A program made the position numbers and the translations under genes. This document shows positions 17,038 to 27,561 of a stretch of DNA of 64,000 nucleotides, piece by piece. The stretch is from Vicinamibacteraceae bacterium (lineage in GTDB: Bacteria > Acidobacteriota > Vicinamibacteria > Vicinamibacterales > Vicinamibacteraceae): the NCBI GenBank assembly GCA_039916225.1, contig JBDSLU010000366.1, positions 1,115 to 65,114 of the forward strand, given 5' to 3'. Every line of letters begins with the position of its first letter. Positions within the stretch are counted from its first letter, which is position 1. Under the pieces are notes generated by a model. That model did no database searches. It worked only from the letters and a program-made list of their open reading frames with translations, and had not been told where the DNA came from.

Positions 17038-19785
17038 CTATTTTCGCAGCGCGTTGAACAGGAACTTGAACGTCCCGTGCGGCTGGGCGCGGAACGTGAT
17101 CTCCGGCCCGCACAGCACCAGCCGGCCCTTGCCGACCCGCGCCTCCGCGATCGCGACGCCGCCTTCGAGATAGTGCTGACCCCAGGCCCACCCGCTGCGC
17201 AGCGGCGCCGCTGAGTCGAACCAGGCGATTGGCGTCACGCCTCGTGCTGCGGCTTCCGGACCGAGCCGGAACACCGGGCTGTTGTCGAAGTAGACGTCGG
17301 CCTGCGCCGGCATGCCCCAGGCGAGCGGCTGCGACTGATCGACGCGCACCCGCAGCACCGAGCCCGGGATGTAGTACTCCTCCTGCTTGAGCGGCCGATC
17401 CCCGGTCGCCGTCCGCGTCACCAGCGCGCTCGTGATCGGCAGGCGCAGGTGCGCCGCCAGCGACGTCGACGGGCCGATGGCGACGATCGTCCCGCCGCCG
17501 TCGAGGAACGCCTGCAGCGCCGGCACCGTGCGCTCCACCGTGACGCGGCCCATCTGCGAGCGATACGGCTCCGGCACCGTCGCCGCATCGAGGGAGCTGC
17601 CGGCGCTGCGTCGTCCCGGCTCCGGGATCAGATCGTCGGCGACGATCAGGACGTCGTAGCGCGCGTTCAGCGAGCCGGCGTCGAGCATCGGCGGGAACAC
17701 GACGTCGAACGGAAACTCGTACTGCTCGAGCAGCCAGCGGATCCAGCCGGACGGAATCGAGCCGCCGTACTCGTCGACCAGGCCGATGCGCGCCTTGCGG
17801 ATGGGGACGCTGTCGCCGGCTGGTTTCGCCGCGACCGGCGTCACCGTGACGCCGAGCTCCGCGGCCGCCCGCGTCACCACCCCGGTCGCGGCCGCGCCCT
17901 CGACGAACCACGTGCCGGGGCCGGCCGGGTGCTGCGGATAGCGCGCCACGGTGGCTCCAGCGGCGAGCAGGCGGTTCACCGTCCGGGCCGCGTCGTTCTC
18001 GGCCGCCGACAGCAGGTAGCCGGCCGCGTTCGCCAGCGGCGCGACGGTCGCCTTCGGTTCGATGAAGGTGGTGAGCCGCTCGAACGGGCCGTCGAAGGCA
18101 TCGAGGACGCGATCGAATTCCAGGCCCATCTGGAAGGCGAGCGTCCAGCCGGCGCTGTCGTAGGGCGGGATCGGCGGGCCACCCGGATAGGCGACGTCGT
18201 GCGGGTGATCCTGCGGCTCGAACATGTCGAGGACGTGCGGCCGGAACGCCTGCGCCGTCTTCACGACGATCGATCCGGCCGGGTAGGTCTGGCCGTTGAC
18301 GGTGAAGCCGGCGGTGGCCCGATGGACGGTCACGCCGGTCTTCATCAGCGTGTTGGCGAACTTGATGGCGGTGGGGAAGTCGCGCTGCGCCGCCGACAGG
18401 ATGTAGCCGCGCGGATCACGGTCGGCCGGCTCGCGGAGCAGGCTGGCGAAGGACGCCGGCACCTCGCTCAGGCGGCCGCCCATCGTCGTCGCCGGCGACA
18501 CGCCGCCGTCGCGTTCGCCGAGACGCTGACGGAGCCGATCGATCCGCCGCGGCGTCACCGTCCAGGTATCGGTGCTGCCGCGCTCGATCGAGCGCTTGCC
18601 CATCAGGTAGGCGTTGTAGAGGAACGTCTCGCGATACCGTGACGCCACGTCGAGCACCGCCATGTTGGCGGTGACCTCGTATTCGATCGACTGGCGGAAG
18701 TGCCACGTCTGCGGGGCGATCGGGAACGGCAGATCGCCGCTGGCGATGGCCCGCGACGGCACGAACGGGATCTCCATCGGCGTCGGGTGGCCGATCGCCT
18801 CGGTGAGGAGCCCGATCATGTTGTGGTAGTAGGCGGTGGTGCGCAGCCCGCCGTTCCACCACGTCGAGTAGTTGGCGCCGCGGCGCATGGTCGCGCCGGG
18901 CTTGTTCTCGGCGACGAAGCGCTGGTGCATCGCCGCGCCGACCAGGTCGATGCCGAGCGGCACCAGCGGGTCGAAGACGTAGTTGAACGGATCGCGGAAC
19001 GGCGGCGCGAACAGCACCGTGCCGGACGGGCCGGTCTGGTGGTGGTTGTAGAGGATCTGCGGGAACCACTCGCGGTAGAGCACGCGGTTCATGTTCGTGC
19101 TCTCCGGCTGCGTCGACATGTACGAGTCGCGGTTGTTGTCGTGGCCGATGTACTTCTGGTACAGCCGCGGCAGGCCAGCCATCGAGCGGCGGCGCAACTC
19201 GGGTTCGCGGAGGTACCACTCGGCGACCAGGTCGTGGCCGTCGGGGTTGGCGTGGACCATGAGGATGACCACGTCGCGCAGGATCCGCCGCGTTTCGTCA
19301 TCCTGGCCGCTGACGAGCCGATAGCTGGTCTCGATGAGCTGCTGGGCGCCCAGCACCTCGTTGGCGTGCAGGCCGCCGTCGATCCACACGACCGCCTTGC
19401 CCTCGATGGCGAGCGCCCTGGCTTGCGCGTCGGTCAGCCCCTCGGCCAGGGTCAGGCGCCGGACGATCTCCTGGTAGCGCCCGAGCTTCTTGTGGTTCTC
19501 CGGCGCCGTGACGATGGCCATCAGCTGCGGGCGGCCCTCGGCCGTCTTACCGATGTCGACCAGCGACAGCCGATCCGATTCGGCGTCGAGCTTCCGCCAG
19601 TAGTCGGCCAGCTGGCGGTAAGTGGCCAGCTGGTAGTCGGCGCCGATGTCGAAGCCGAACTGAGCCTTGGGGGTGGTGATACCCCGAGAGCGGCCGGAGG
19701 ACTGAGCGTCCAGCTGGCTGGTCGCGATGCCGACGACGGCGGCCGTGACCAGCGCGGCCGCACGGGCACGCGAGCGCAGCAACAT
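17038..19785 (-). CDS. M14 family zinc carboxypeptidase-like protein, large secreted form
   Basis: Signal peptide and a WIDGGLHANE (HxxE) zinc motif. 915 aa. The C-terminal domain resembles the end of the LmbE-fusion protein at 10147-12789. Confidence 0.85.
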   Translation of the reverse strand: MLLRSRARAAALVTAAVVGIATSQLDAQSSGRSRGITTPKAQFGFDIGADYQLATYRQLADYWRKLDAESDRLSLVDIGKTAEGRPQLMAIVTAPENHKKLGRYQEIVRRLTLAEGLTDAQARALAIEGKAVVWIDGGLHANEVLGAQQLIETSYRLVSGQDDETRRILRDVVILMVHANPDGHDLVAEWYLREPELRRRSMAGLPRLYQKYIGHDNNRDSYMSTQPESTNMNRVLYREWFPQILYNHHQTGPSGTVLFAPPFRDPFNYVFDPLVPLGIDLVGAAMHQRFVAENKPGATMRRGANYSTWWNGGLRTTAYYHNMIGLLTEAIGHPTPMEIPFVPSRAIASGDLPFPIAPQTWHFRQSIEYEVTANMAVLDVASRYRETFLYNAYLMGKRSIERGSTDTWTVTPRRIDRLRQRLGERDGGVSPATTMGGRLSEVPASFASLLREPADRDPRGYILSAAQRDFPTAIKFANTLMKTGVTVHRATAGFTVNGQTYPAGSIVVKTAQAFRPHVLDMFEPQDHPHDVAYPGGPPIPPYDSAGWTLAFQMGLEFDRVLDAFDGPFERLTTFIEPKATVAPLANAAGYLLSAAENDAARTVNRLLAAGATVARYPQHPAGPGTWFVEGAAATGVVTRAAAELGVTVTPVAAKPAGDSVPIRKARIGLVDEYGGSIPSGWIRWLLEQYEFPFDVVFPPMLDAGSLNARYDVLIVADDLIPEPGRRSAGSSLDAATVPEPYRSQMGRVTVERTVPALQAFLDGGGTIVAIGPSTSLAAHLRLPITSALVTRTATGDRPLKQEEYYIPGSVLRVRVDQSQPLAWGMPAQADVYFDNSPVFRLGPEAAARGVTPIAWFDSAAPLRSGWAWGQHYLEGGVAIAEARVGKGRLVLCGPEITFRAQPHGTFKFLFNALRK
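17051..17087. repeat. 37-bp direct repeat, copy A (inside the M14 gene 3-prime end)
   Basis: GCGTTGAACAGGAACTTGAACGTCCCGTGCGGCTGGG. Confidence 0.85.
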
Positions 19786-19917
19786 GGCGGCATGTTAACT
19801 GGTCGCTGCCGGCCGCGTGAGGCGCCGCGGCGCGCCCAGCGCCGCCAAAACCAGCAAAGGCGTTAACATCTGTGCGAGTGGGCGACCAATCGGCCGCCCC
19901 AGGGGAGACGATCGACC

Positions 19918-20460
19918 ATGAAGCAGGTACTGGTGGGAGTCCTCGTCATCGGGGCCGGCAGCCTCGGACTGTCGGCGCAAGCACCTCCGGCCGGCAAGGC
20001 CGCGACGGCCGCGGCCGCCAAGGCCACGGTGAAGCTGGCACCGACCGCGAATCAGACCGCGCGCGGCGAGGTCACGTTCACCGCCGAATCGGGCGGCGTC
20101 CACGTCGTCGGGACGTTCAGCGGTCTGGTCTTCGGCGAGCACGGCTTCCATGTGCACGAGAAGGGCGACTGCTCGGCGCCGGACGGCACCTCGGCGGGCG
20201 GCCACTTCAATCCCGCCACCAAGCCGCACGCGGCCCGCGAGGCGGCAGCCCGACATGCCGGCGACCTGGGCAACCTGAAGGCGGATCCGTATGGGCTGGC
20301 CCGTGTCGACTTCGTCGACGCGACGCTCTCCCTTAGCGGCGCGGACAGCATCGTCGGCAAGGCCGTCATCATCCACGAGAAGGCCGACGACTTCACGACG
20401 CAGCCCACGGGCAACGCCGGCGCGCGCCAGGCGTGCGGCGTGATCGAAGCGGCGAAGTAG
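19918..20460 (+). CDS. sodC: superoxide dismutase [Cu-Zn]
   Basis: Signal peptide; FHVHEKGDC, GGHFNP, HAGDLGN and VIIHEKADD motifs. Confidence 0.95.
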   Translation: MKQVLVGVLVIGAGSLGLSAQAPPAGKAATAAAAKATVKLAPTANQTARGEVTFTAESGGVHVVGTFSGLVFGEHGFHVHEKGDCSAPDGTSAGGHFNPATKPHAAREAAARHAGDLGNLKADPYGLARVDFVDATLSLSGADSIVGKAVIIHEKADDFTTQPTGNAGARQACGVIEAAK

Positions 20461-20478
20461 CGCGTTCGCGCCCCGGCT

Positions 20479-21750
20479 ATGCGCACCTTGCGGCTGCTCA
20501 CGGCGACGGCACTGGTGTGGCTGGCGCTGCCGGCGGCACGGGCCGGCGCCGATCTCCTGCCGTCCCGCCCGATCACCTTCGGCGACGGGCGGGTCGTCGT
20601 GAGCGGCGACGTGGCGCTGTCGTTCGGCTCGGCGGACGTGGGCTATTTCAACCTGTTCGACTACTCGCACGACGCGTTCAACGTGCTGTCGCTGTCGCTC
20701 TCGGCCGAGTTCCGGGCCACCGACCGCATCGCGTTCGTCGGCCAGGTGCTCGACGAGGTGTCGCTGCGCGGCCGCGATCCGGACCCGAGCGACCGGCACG
20801 TCTTCTATCCGTACGCGCTCTACGTGCGCGTCCGGCCGGCCGCGGACACGCCGTTCACGATCCTGGCCGGACGGATCCCGCCGGCCTTCGGCGCGTTCGC
20901 CCGCCGCGACTACGGCGAGGTGAACGCCCTCATCGGCCTCCCGCTGGCCTACGGCTACTCGACCACGATGCGGTCCGAGCCGCCGCCGAGCCGTCGTGAG
21001 TTGACCCTCAATCGCGGCGGCGGCTGGGCGGTGCGGTACCCCCGCGCCACCGCCACGGTCGGCCCGCAGGGCCTGCCCCTGGTCTCGGCCCGGCGCTGGG
21101 ACACTGGCGTCTCGGCGCAGTGGGACGGCAGCAAGGTGCAGGCCGGGGTGGCAGTCACGATGGGCACGCTGTCGTCGCCCCGCACCGACGACGACAACGA
21201 CGGCAAGCAGATTTCCGGCCGGGTGGGCGTGACACCGACGGCCAGTTTCAGCGTCGGCGTCTCGGGCTCGCGGGGCGAATACCTGTCCGATCCAGGCGAG
21301 ACGACCGAGTACGGCACCGTCGGCTGGCTGCCCGAGCCGGCCCGGTCGGCGACCCACCGCCAGGAGGCGCTCGGTCTCGACGCTGAATATTCGCTCGGGC
21401 ACGTCGTCGTCCGCGGCGAGGTAGTGGCGAGCCGCTGGGACGTGCCGTTTCAGAACGGCGACCCGACCCTTCAGCTCGACGCCCTGGGCAGTTCGATCGA
21501 GACGCGCATCGCACTCTCGCCGCGCTGGTCGATGGCGTTGCGTGGCGACCGGCTGGGCTTCTCGCGGGTGACCGCAGCGAACGCCGCCATTCGCACCTGG
21601 GACGCCAACGTCCTCCGCCTGGAAGGCGCGGTCGGTTACCTGGTGCGGCGCAATGTCCGACTCAAGGCCGGCTATCAGTACAACTGGCGGGACGGCGGAC
21701 GCGAGCAGTCGATCGGCCTGGTCGGCGCCCAGCTCCTCTACTGGTTCTGA
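20479..21750 (+). CDS. putative outer-membrane beta-barrel protein
   Basis: Signal peptide, alternating-hydrophobicity strands and a C-terminal ...AQLLYWF aromatic terminus. Confidence 0.6.
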   Translation: MRTLRLLTATALVWLALPAARAGADLLPSRPITFGDGRVVVSGDVALSFGSADVGYFNLFDYSHDAFNVLSLSLSAEFRATDRIAFVGQVLDEVSLRGRDPDPSDRHVFYPYALYVRVRPAADTPFTILAGRIPPAFGAFARRDYGEVNALIGLPLAYGYSTTMRSEPPPSRRELTLNRGGGWAVRYPRATATVGPQGLPLVSARRWDTGVSAQWDGSKVQAGVAVTMGTLSSPRTDDDNDGKQISGRVGVTPTASFSVGVSGSRGEYLSDPGETTEYGTVGWLPEPARSATHRQEALGLDAEYSLGHVVVRGEVVASRWDVPFQNGDPTLQLDALGSSIETRIALSPRWSMALRGDRLGFSRVTAANAAIRTWDANVLRLEGAVGYLVRRNVRLKAGYQYNWRDGGREQSIGLVGAQLLYWF

Positions 21751-22469
21751 TGACGATGCCCGTCTCCGGCCGTCCGTCCTTCCTCGTCATCGCCCTGGCC
21801 CTGGCGGTCGCCAGCCTCGGCCTCGTGCACGCCGCGGTGCCGCGGGTGGTCGCGACCGGCACGATCCGCGGCACGGTGACGATGCCGGCGAGTTCCGCGG
21901 GCCGCCGGCCGTCGGTCAGCCGGCCGGGCGGCACGTCGGCCGCGGATCGCCAGCAGGACGCCCTCGATCGCCAGACCAGCGTCGTCTACCTCGACAACAT
22001 GCCCCGCGGGATGGCCGGCGAGTTCGTCGAGCGCAAGGCGCGGCTCGATCAGCGCGGCCAGCGCTTCGTGCCGCACATCGTCGCCATCGGCGTCGGCGGC
22101 ACGGTCGACTTCCCCAACGGCGACCCGTTCTTCCACAACGTGTTCTCGCTCTCGGACGTCAAATCTTTCGACCTGGGCCGCTACGCCACCGGCAAGTCGA
22201 AGGCGGTACGGTTCGACAAGCCCGGCGTGGTCCGCGTCTTCTGTGACATCCACGCGCACATGAGCGCGTTCGTCTTCGTGTTCGCGCATCCCTACTTCGA
22301 CGTCACCGACGGGCAGGGGCGCTACCGCATCGACGGTGTCCCGGCCGGCACGCATGCCCTCGTCCTGTGGAACGAGACCATCGAGCCGGAGACGCGCCAG
22401 GTCATCGTCCCCGACGGCGGTGAGGTCGAGGTGAATCTCGCCATCGCCGCGGCGCCGGCGCCCAAGTAG
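21750..22469 (+). CDS. cupredoxin-like (type-1 copper site) protein with a C-terminal CarboxypepD_reg-like domain
   Basis: The start overlaps the upstream stop (TGATG). Signal peptide. PFFHNVFS resembles the plastocyanin PHNVVF motif. VFCDIHAHM gives Cys-x2-His-x2-Met with amicyanin-like spacing. GRYRIDGVPAGTHALVLW lies at the C-terminus. Confidence 0.65.
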   Translation: MTMPVSGRPSFLVIALALAVASLGLVHAAVPRVVATGTIRGTVTMPASSAGRRPSVSRPGGTSAADRQQDALDRQTSVVYLDNMPRGMAGEFVERKARLDQRGQRFVPHIVAIGVGGTVDFPNGDPFFHNVFSLSDVKSFDLGRYATGKSKAVRFDKPGVVRVFCDIHAHMSAFVFVFAHPYFDVTDGQGRYRIDGVPAGTHALVLWNETIEPETRQVIVPDGGEVEVNLAIAAAPAPK

Positions 22470-22486
22470 GGGCGACGAGCAGGACG

Positions 22487-24361
22487 ATGCTGTCGTCGCT
22501 CTCGAACCGGATCTTCCTGGCGAGCGCGCTCCTCGCCGTGCTGTCGATCGGCACGGCGCTCTACCTGGTCAACGTCGTCGTCACCCGGCAGGCCGAGGCC
22601 GAGCTCGAGGAGAGCCTGATCGAGGCCGGCGAGCTGGTCACGCAGTTTCAGTCGCTGTTCTTCACCGCGCTGCTGACCGAAGCGCGCATCGTCGCCGACG
22701 TGTCGGTCTTGAAGGCGGCCGTGGACACGAAACACGGCCCAACCGTGGCACCGCTGGCAGCGGAGTACCTGGAGGCCGTCCAGGCCGATCTTTTCGTGGT
22801 GACCCACCGCAACGGCACGGTCCTGGCGATCGTCGGCGAACCTGGGCTGACGCCCGAGCAGATCACCAATCAGCGGATCGTCAAGGCGGCGATGGCCGGT
22901 CGATCGGCGGTCGACGTGTGGTCGCAAGGCAGCGGCCTGCTCCAGGTCGTCTCGGTGCCGATCTTCATCGATCCGGCCCAGCCCGAGGTGCTCGGTACGC
23001 TGACCGCCGGCCTGCGCCTCGATCGCTCGCTCGCCGATCGCATCAAGACCATCACCCGCAGCGACGTCGTGTTCGTCGACGGGGGGCAGCCGCGCGGCTC
23101 GACGCTGCCGGCCAACGTCACGGCCGCGCTGCTGGCCGTGCCAGACGACGGCCGGGTGATGCGCGCGACGGTCAACGGCGAGGAGTACGAAGCGGTGCGG
23201 CGGCGGCTGGTGATCGAGGCACCGGGCACGCTGCGCACCCGGCCCGGACCCGGCGCTGGTGGCCCGCTGGCCATCGTCGCGCGATCGCGGACGGCGCACC
23301 TCGCGTTCCTGCGCAACCTGCATTCAGCGCTCGGCGCGACGACGGCGGTGGCGGTGCTCGTCGCGACCCTCCTCAGCTTCGCGGTGGCGCGCACTGTGAC
23401 GCGGCCGATCCGCGCGCTGACGGCCACGATGCGAGAGATGGCCACGACTGGTGTGCTGACGGCGCCGGCCGAGCCGCCCAAGCCGACCCCGTGGGACGAC
23501 GAGGACGCCCGGCTCCTCACCGGTACGTTCCACACGCTGGCCGGCTCGCTCGATCGCTTTCAGCGCGAAGCGGCGCAGCGCGAGCGCCTGTCCTCGCTCG
23601 GTCGCCTCTCCACCGTGATCGCGCACGAGATCCGCAACCCGCTGATGATCATCAAAGGGTCGCTGCGAGCGCTGCGCCGGGGCGTCGCCACGCCCGAGGA
23701 GGTCGCCGGCGTCGCCGCCGACATCGAGGGCGAGGTGACCCGACTGAACCGGGTCGTCAACGACGTCCTCGACTACGCCAAGCCGATCGCGCTGACCTAC
23801 GACGCGGTCGAGATCGATCGGCTGGTCCGTGACGCCGCGCAGGCGGTGGTGGCGAGCCAGGGCGGCCCGCCCGACGTGGTCGTCGAGGCGGTCGAGGGCG
23901 TCACGGCGACGACCGACGGCGATCGCCTGCGCCAGGTCGTGATCAACCTGGTGACCAACGCCCGCGATGCCGTGCTGGCGCGGCGTGCCGACGCCGTTGC
24001 CGTCGCCGTCGCGCCGGCGACCGCCGACGATGCCGGGGCACCGATGCGGGTGCCAGCCGTCCACGTACGGGCCCGCCTGATCGACGCCGACCACGTCGAG
24101 ATCGCCGTCGCCGATCGTGGCGTCGGCATGTCCGACGTCGAAGTCGCGCGCATGTTCGAACCGTTCTTCACCACCAAGCGGCGCGGGTCGGGCATCGGCC
24201 TGGCCATTGCCAAGAACATCGTCGACGGACTCGGCGGCCGCATCGATGTGGACAGCCAGCCCGGTGCCGGCACGACGATCCGCCTGACCCTTCCGCGTTC
24301 ACGACCGGCCCCGCCTTCGCCGGATCCGACCTCTCCTTCGGCTTCGGCGCGGCAGGTCTGA
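22487..24361 (+). CDS. sensor histidine kinase (periplasmic sensor, HAMP, HisKA, HATPase_c)
   Basis: Two TM segments bracket a ~260-aa periplasmic region. H-box VIAHEIRNPL, an N-box (NLVTNARDA) and G-boxes (DRGVGM, GSGIGLAIA). Confidence 0.9.
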   Translation: MLSSLSNRIFLASALLAVLSIGTALYLVNVVVTRQAEAELEESLIEAGELVTQFQSLFFTALLTEARIVADVSVLKAAVDTKHGPTVAPLAAEYLEAVQADLFVVTHRNGTVLAIVGEPGLTPEQITNQRIVKAAMAGRSAVDVWSQGSGLLQVVSVPIFIDPAQPEVLGTLTAGLRLDRSLADRIKTITRSDVVFVDGGQPRGSTLPANVTAALLAVPDDGRVMRATVNGEEYEAVRRRLVIEAPGTLRTRPGPGAGGPLAIVARSRTAHLAFLRNLHSALGATTAVAVLVATLLSFAVARTVTRPIRALTATMREMATTGVLTAPAEPPKPTPWDDEDARLLTGTFHTLAGSLDRFQREAAQRERLSSLGRLSTVIAHEIRNPLMIIKGSLRALRRGVATPEEVAGVAADIEGEVTRLNRVVNDVLDYAKPIALTYDAVEIDRLVRDAAQAVVASQGGPPDVVVEAVEGVTATTDGDRLRQVVINLVTNARDAVLARRADAVAVAVAPATADDAGAPMRVPAVHVRARLIDADHVEIAVADRGVGMSDVEVARMFEPFFTTKRRGSGIGLAIAKNIVDGLGGRIDVDSQPGAGTTIRLTLPRSRPAPPSPDPTSPSASARQV

Positions 24362-24376
24362 CCCGCTGCCCCCAGG

Positions 24377-25759
<1,383 letters not shown>

Positions 25760-25785
25760 CCGGCCAGCGCCTTCGTCGGCCCAGG

Positions 25786-25824
25786 ACTTACGGCGCGCGT
25801 AAGCGCTTTCGGTCCACGTAAGCG
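25786..25824 (+). promoter_or_regulatory. candidate enhancer (UAS) or terminator hairpin: CTTACG / CGTAAGCG / CGTAAGCG
   Basis: The inverted pair ACTTACG (25786-92) and CGTAAGCG (25798-805) is followed by a direct CGTAAGCG repeat (25817-24), with a 19-bp period. It lies ~60-100 bp upstream of the predicted -24 element. Confidence 0.35.
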
Positions 25825-25884
25825 TCCAGGGTCGCCTCGCTCGGAAAACGCCCGTATTTCCAGTGGTTCCACGGGCTGGCGTCG

Positions 25885-25900
25885 TGGCCGCCGGTTTGCT
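25885..25900 (+). promoter_or_regulatory. candidate sigma54 (-24/-12) promoter TGGCCGCCGGTTTGCT
   Basis: TGGC and TTGC have exactly the consensus spacing of TGGCAC-N5-TTGC. It sits directly downstream of a sigma54 activator gene. The predicted TSS near 25911 precedes a GGAGG (25914-18) and an in-frame TTG at 25929. Confidence 0.55.
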
Positions 25901-25928
25901 CTAGCGACCGGTGGGAGGACTCCGAACC

Positions 25929-26372
25929 TTGTCCACGACACTTTTCCGGTCCCTGCGCTGGGGCCTGTTCGTCGCTGTCGCCGGCGTTGCCATGGGCGCC
26001 TGCGACGAGAAGCTCTCCGACCTCACTGGCCCGACGCCGAACCTGACACCGACCCTCGCCAGCATCCAGAGCGAGATCTTTTCGCAGGGGTGCACGACGT
26101 GCCACACCAACGTCGGCCGCAATCCGGCTGGCGGGGTGAACCTCACCGAGGGCAATGCCTTCGCCGCGCTGGTCGGGACGCCATCGGTCGCCAAGGCCGG
26201 CGCGATCCGCGTGGCGCCAGGCGATCCCGAGAACAGCTATCTGATTCACAAGCTCGAGGGCCGACCCGGCATCGTGGGCGTGCGCATGCCTCGGAACGGA
26301 CCGCCGTTCCTCACGGATGGACAGATTCTCGTGATCAAGCGCTGGATCGAGCTCGGCGCGCCCAACAACTAG
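25929..26372 (+). CDS. c-type cytochrome lipoprotein (PSCyt1-like domain)
   Basis: Lipobox VAMGAC, CxxCH motif CTTCH, and VAPGDPENSYLIHKLEG...MPRNGPPFLTDGQILVIKRWIELGA. The ORF-track start at 25911 is possible, but TTG 25929 has the better SD. Confidence 0.7.
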   Translation: MSTTLFRSLRWGLFVAVAGVAMGACDEKLSDLTGPTPNLTPTLASIQSEIFSQGCTTCHTNVGRNPAGGVNLTEGNAFAALVGTPSVAKAGAIRVAPGDPENSYLIHKLEGRPGIVGVRMPRNGPPFLTDGQILVIKRWIELGAPNN

Positions 26373-26393
26373 ACCTAGGCTAGGAGCCCCATC

Positions 26394-27323
26394 GTGACTC
26401 GCCATCTTTCGACCGCGTTCGTGCTCGCGGCCTTTACCTGGGGCTCGATCGCCAGCGCCCAGACGACGCCCGTGCCTCCGGCGCCACAGGCCACCGCCAC
26501 GGCTCCGGCGACTGGCGCGGCTCCGGCTACGCCGCAGGCCGAAGCCGCGCCCGCTCCCGCCGAAGAGGAAAAGGACGACGCCGTCCTGAACCGCTCGCAG
26601 CCGGACTTCACGCTCATCAACCTGCCGACCGGCCTGCGGATGCCCAAGTGGAAGAGCGCCTTCCGGGTCACGCACCGCTTCACCCGGCCGCTCGGCGACG
26701 GTGACCTGGGCAACCTTGCCGCGGACGCCTTCGGCCTCGACTCGGGCGCCGTGATCGGCATGGAGTTCCGCATCGGGATCGTCGACGGCGGCCAGGTCGT
26801 GGTCTACCGCACCAACGACCGGACGATCCAGTTCTCCGGGCAGTACGACCTGAAGCAGCAGTCCACGTCGTTCCCGGTCGGGCTCGCCGCCTACGCCTCG
26901 GTCGACGGCACCAACAACTTCCGCGACAGCTACTCGCCGGCGGTCGGCCTGATCGTGACGCGCGAGTTCGGGGAGCACGGCGCGTTCTATCTCGAGCCGA
27001 TCTACGTCAACAACACCAACGACAAGCCGTCCGAGCTGGTCGAGGACAACGACACGTTCCTGCTCGGGATCGGCGGCCGTATCCGCATCCGGCCGACCGT
27101 CTACGTGGTCGGCGAGATCGTGCCGCGGGTCAGCGGCTACGACCCGAAGAAGACAGCGGCCAGCTTCGCGCTCGAGAAGCGAGCCGGCGGGCACGCCTTC
27201 CAGCTGGTGTTCTCGAACACGTTCGGCCTGACGATGGCGCAGATCGCCCGCGGTGGCGAACCGAGCGCCGACGGCGGCACCAACTGGTACATGGGCTTCA
27301 ACATCTCGCGCAAGTTCTTCTAG
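26394..27323 (+). CDS. putative outer-membrane beta-barrel protein
   Basis: Signal peptide ending ASAQ, an Ala/Pro-rich linker, beta-strand periodicity and a C-terminal FNISRKFF. Confidence 0.6.
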   Translation: MTRHLSTAFVLAAFTWGSIASAQTTPVPPAPQATATAPATGAAPATPQAEAAPAPAEEEKDDAVLNRSQPDFTLINLPTGLRMPKWKSAFRVTHRFTRPLGDGDLGNLAADAFGLDSGAVIGMEFRIGIVDGGQVVVYRTNDRTIQFSGQYDLKQQSTSFPVGLAAYASVDGTNNFRDSYSPAVGLIVTREFGEHGAFYLEPIYVNNTNDKPSELVEDNDTFLLGIGGRIRIRPTVYVVGEIVPRVSGYDPKKTAASFALEKRAGGHAFQLVFSNTFGLTMAQIARGGEPSADGGTNWYMGFNISRKFF

Positions 27324-27352
27324 CCGCGAGGCTGGACGGACCGCGCACGAGA

Positions 27353-27396
27353 GGCCGGCGGGCTCGCGGGGGCGGGTTCGCCGGCCGTTTTTGTTT
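27353..27396 (+). terminator. intrinsic terminator
   Basis: GGCCGGCG ... CGCCGGCC stem followed by GTTTTTGTTTG, 30 nt after the stop at 27323. Confidence 0.6.
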
Positions 27397-27424
27397 GTTG
27401 ACGGCGCGTAGCCGCGCCGTCAAC
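27397..27424. other. perfect 12-bp-stem hairpin/palindrome GTTGACGGCGCG-tagc-CGCGCCGTCAAC
   Basis: Read directly from the sequence. It immediately follows the terminator T-tract. Confidence 0.7.
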
Positions 27425-27561
27425 CTCACGACGCCTCCGGGCCTGGCGGCCTCGGCGTTCGTGTGGCGGCCGCGGCGTCGCGCGGGCGGCGGTTTCGCTC
27501 AGAAGCCACCGCAGACGACACGTCCGTGAGCGGCGGTTAGTAGAATGGCGCGGGAGTACTT

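Noticed and set aside
16229-17911. A 560-aa ORF read as a single protein.
   Set aside because: Only the last 211 codons (PP2C motifs, from ATG 16864) are credible. The upstream 349 codons overlap the M14 peptidase gene in another frame and are low in complexity.
27541-27546. TAGAAT as a -10 box for the haem-binding-domain gene.
   Set aside because: It lies only ~15 nt upstream of the GTG start, with no convincing -35 element. The evidence is too weak to report as a promoter.
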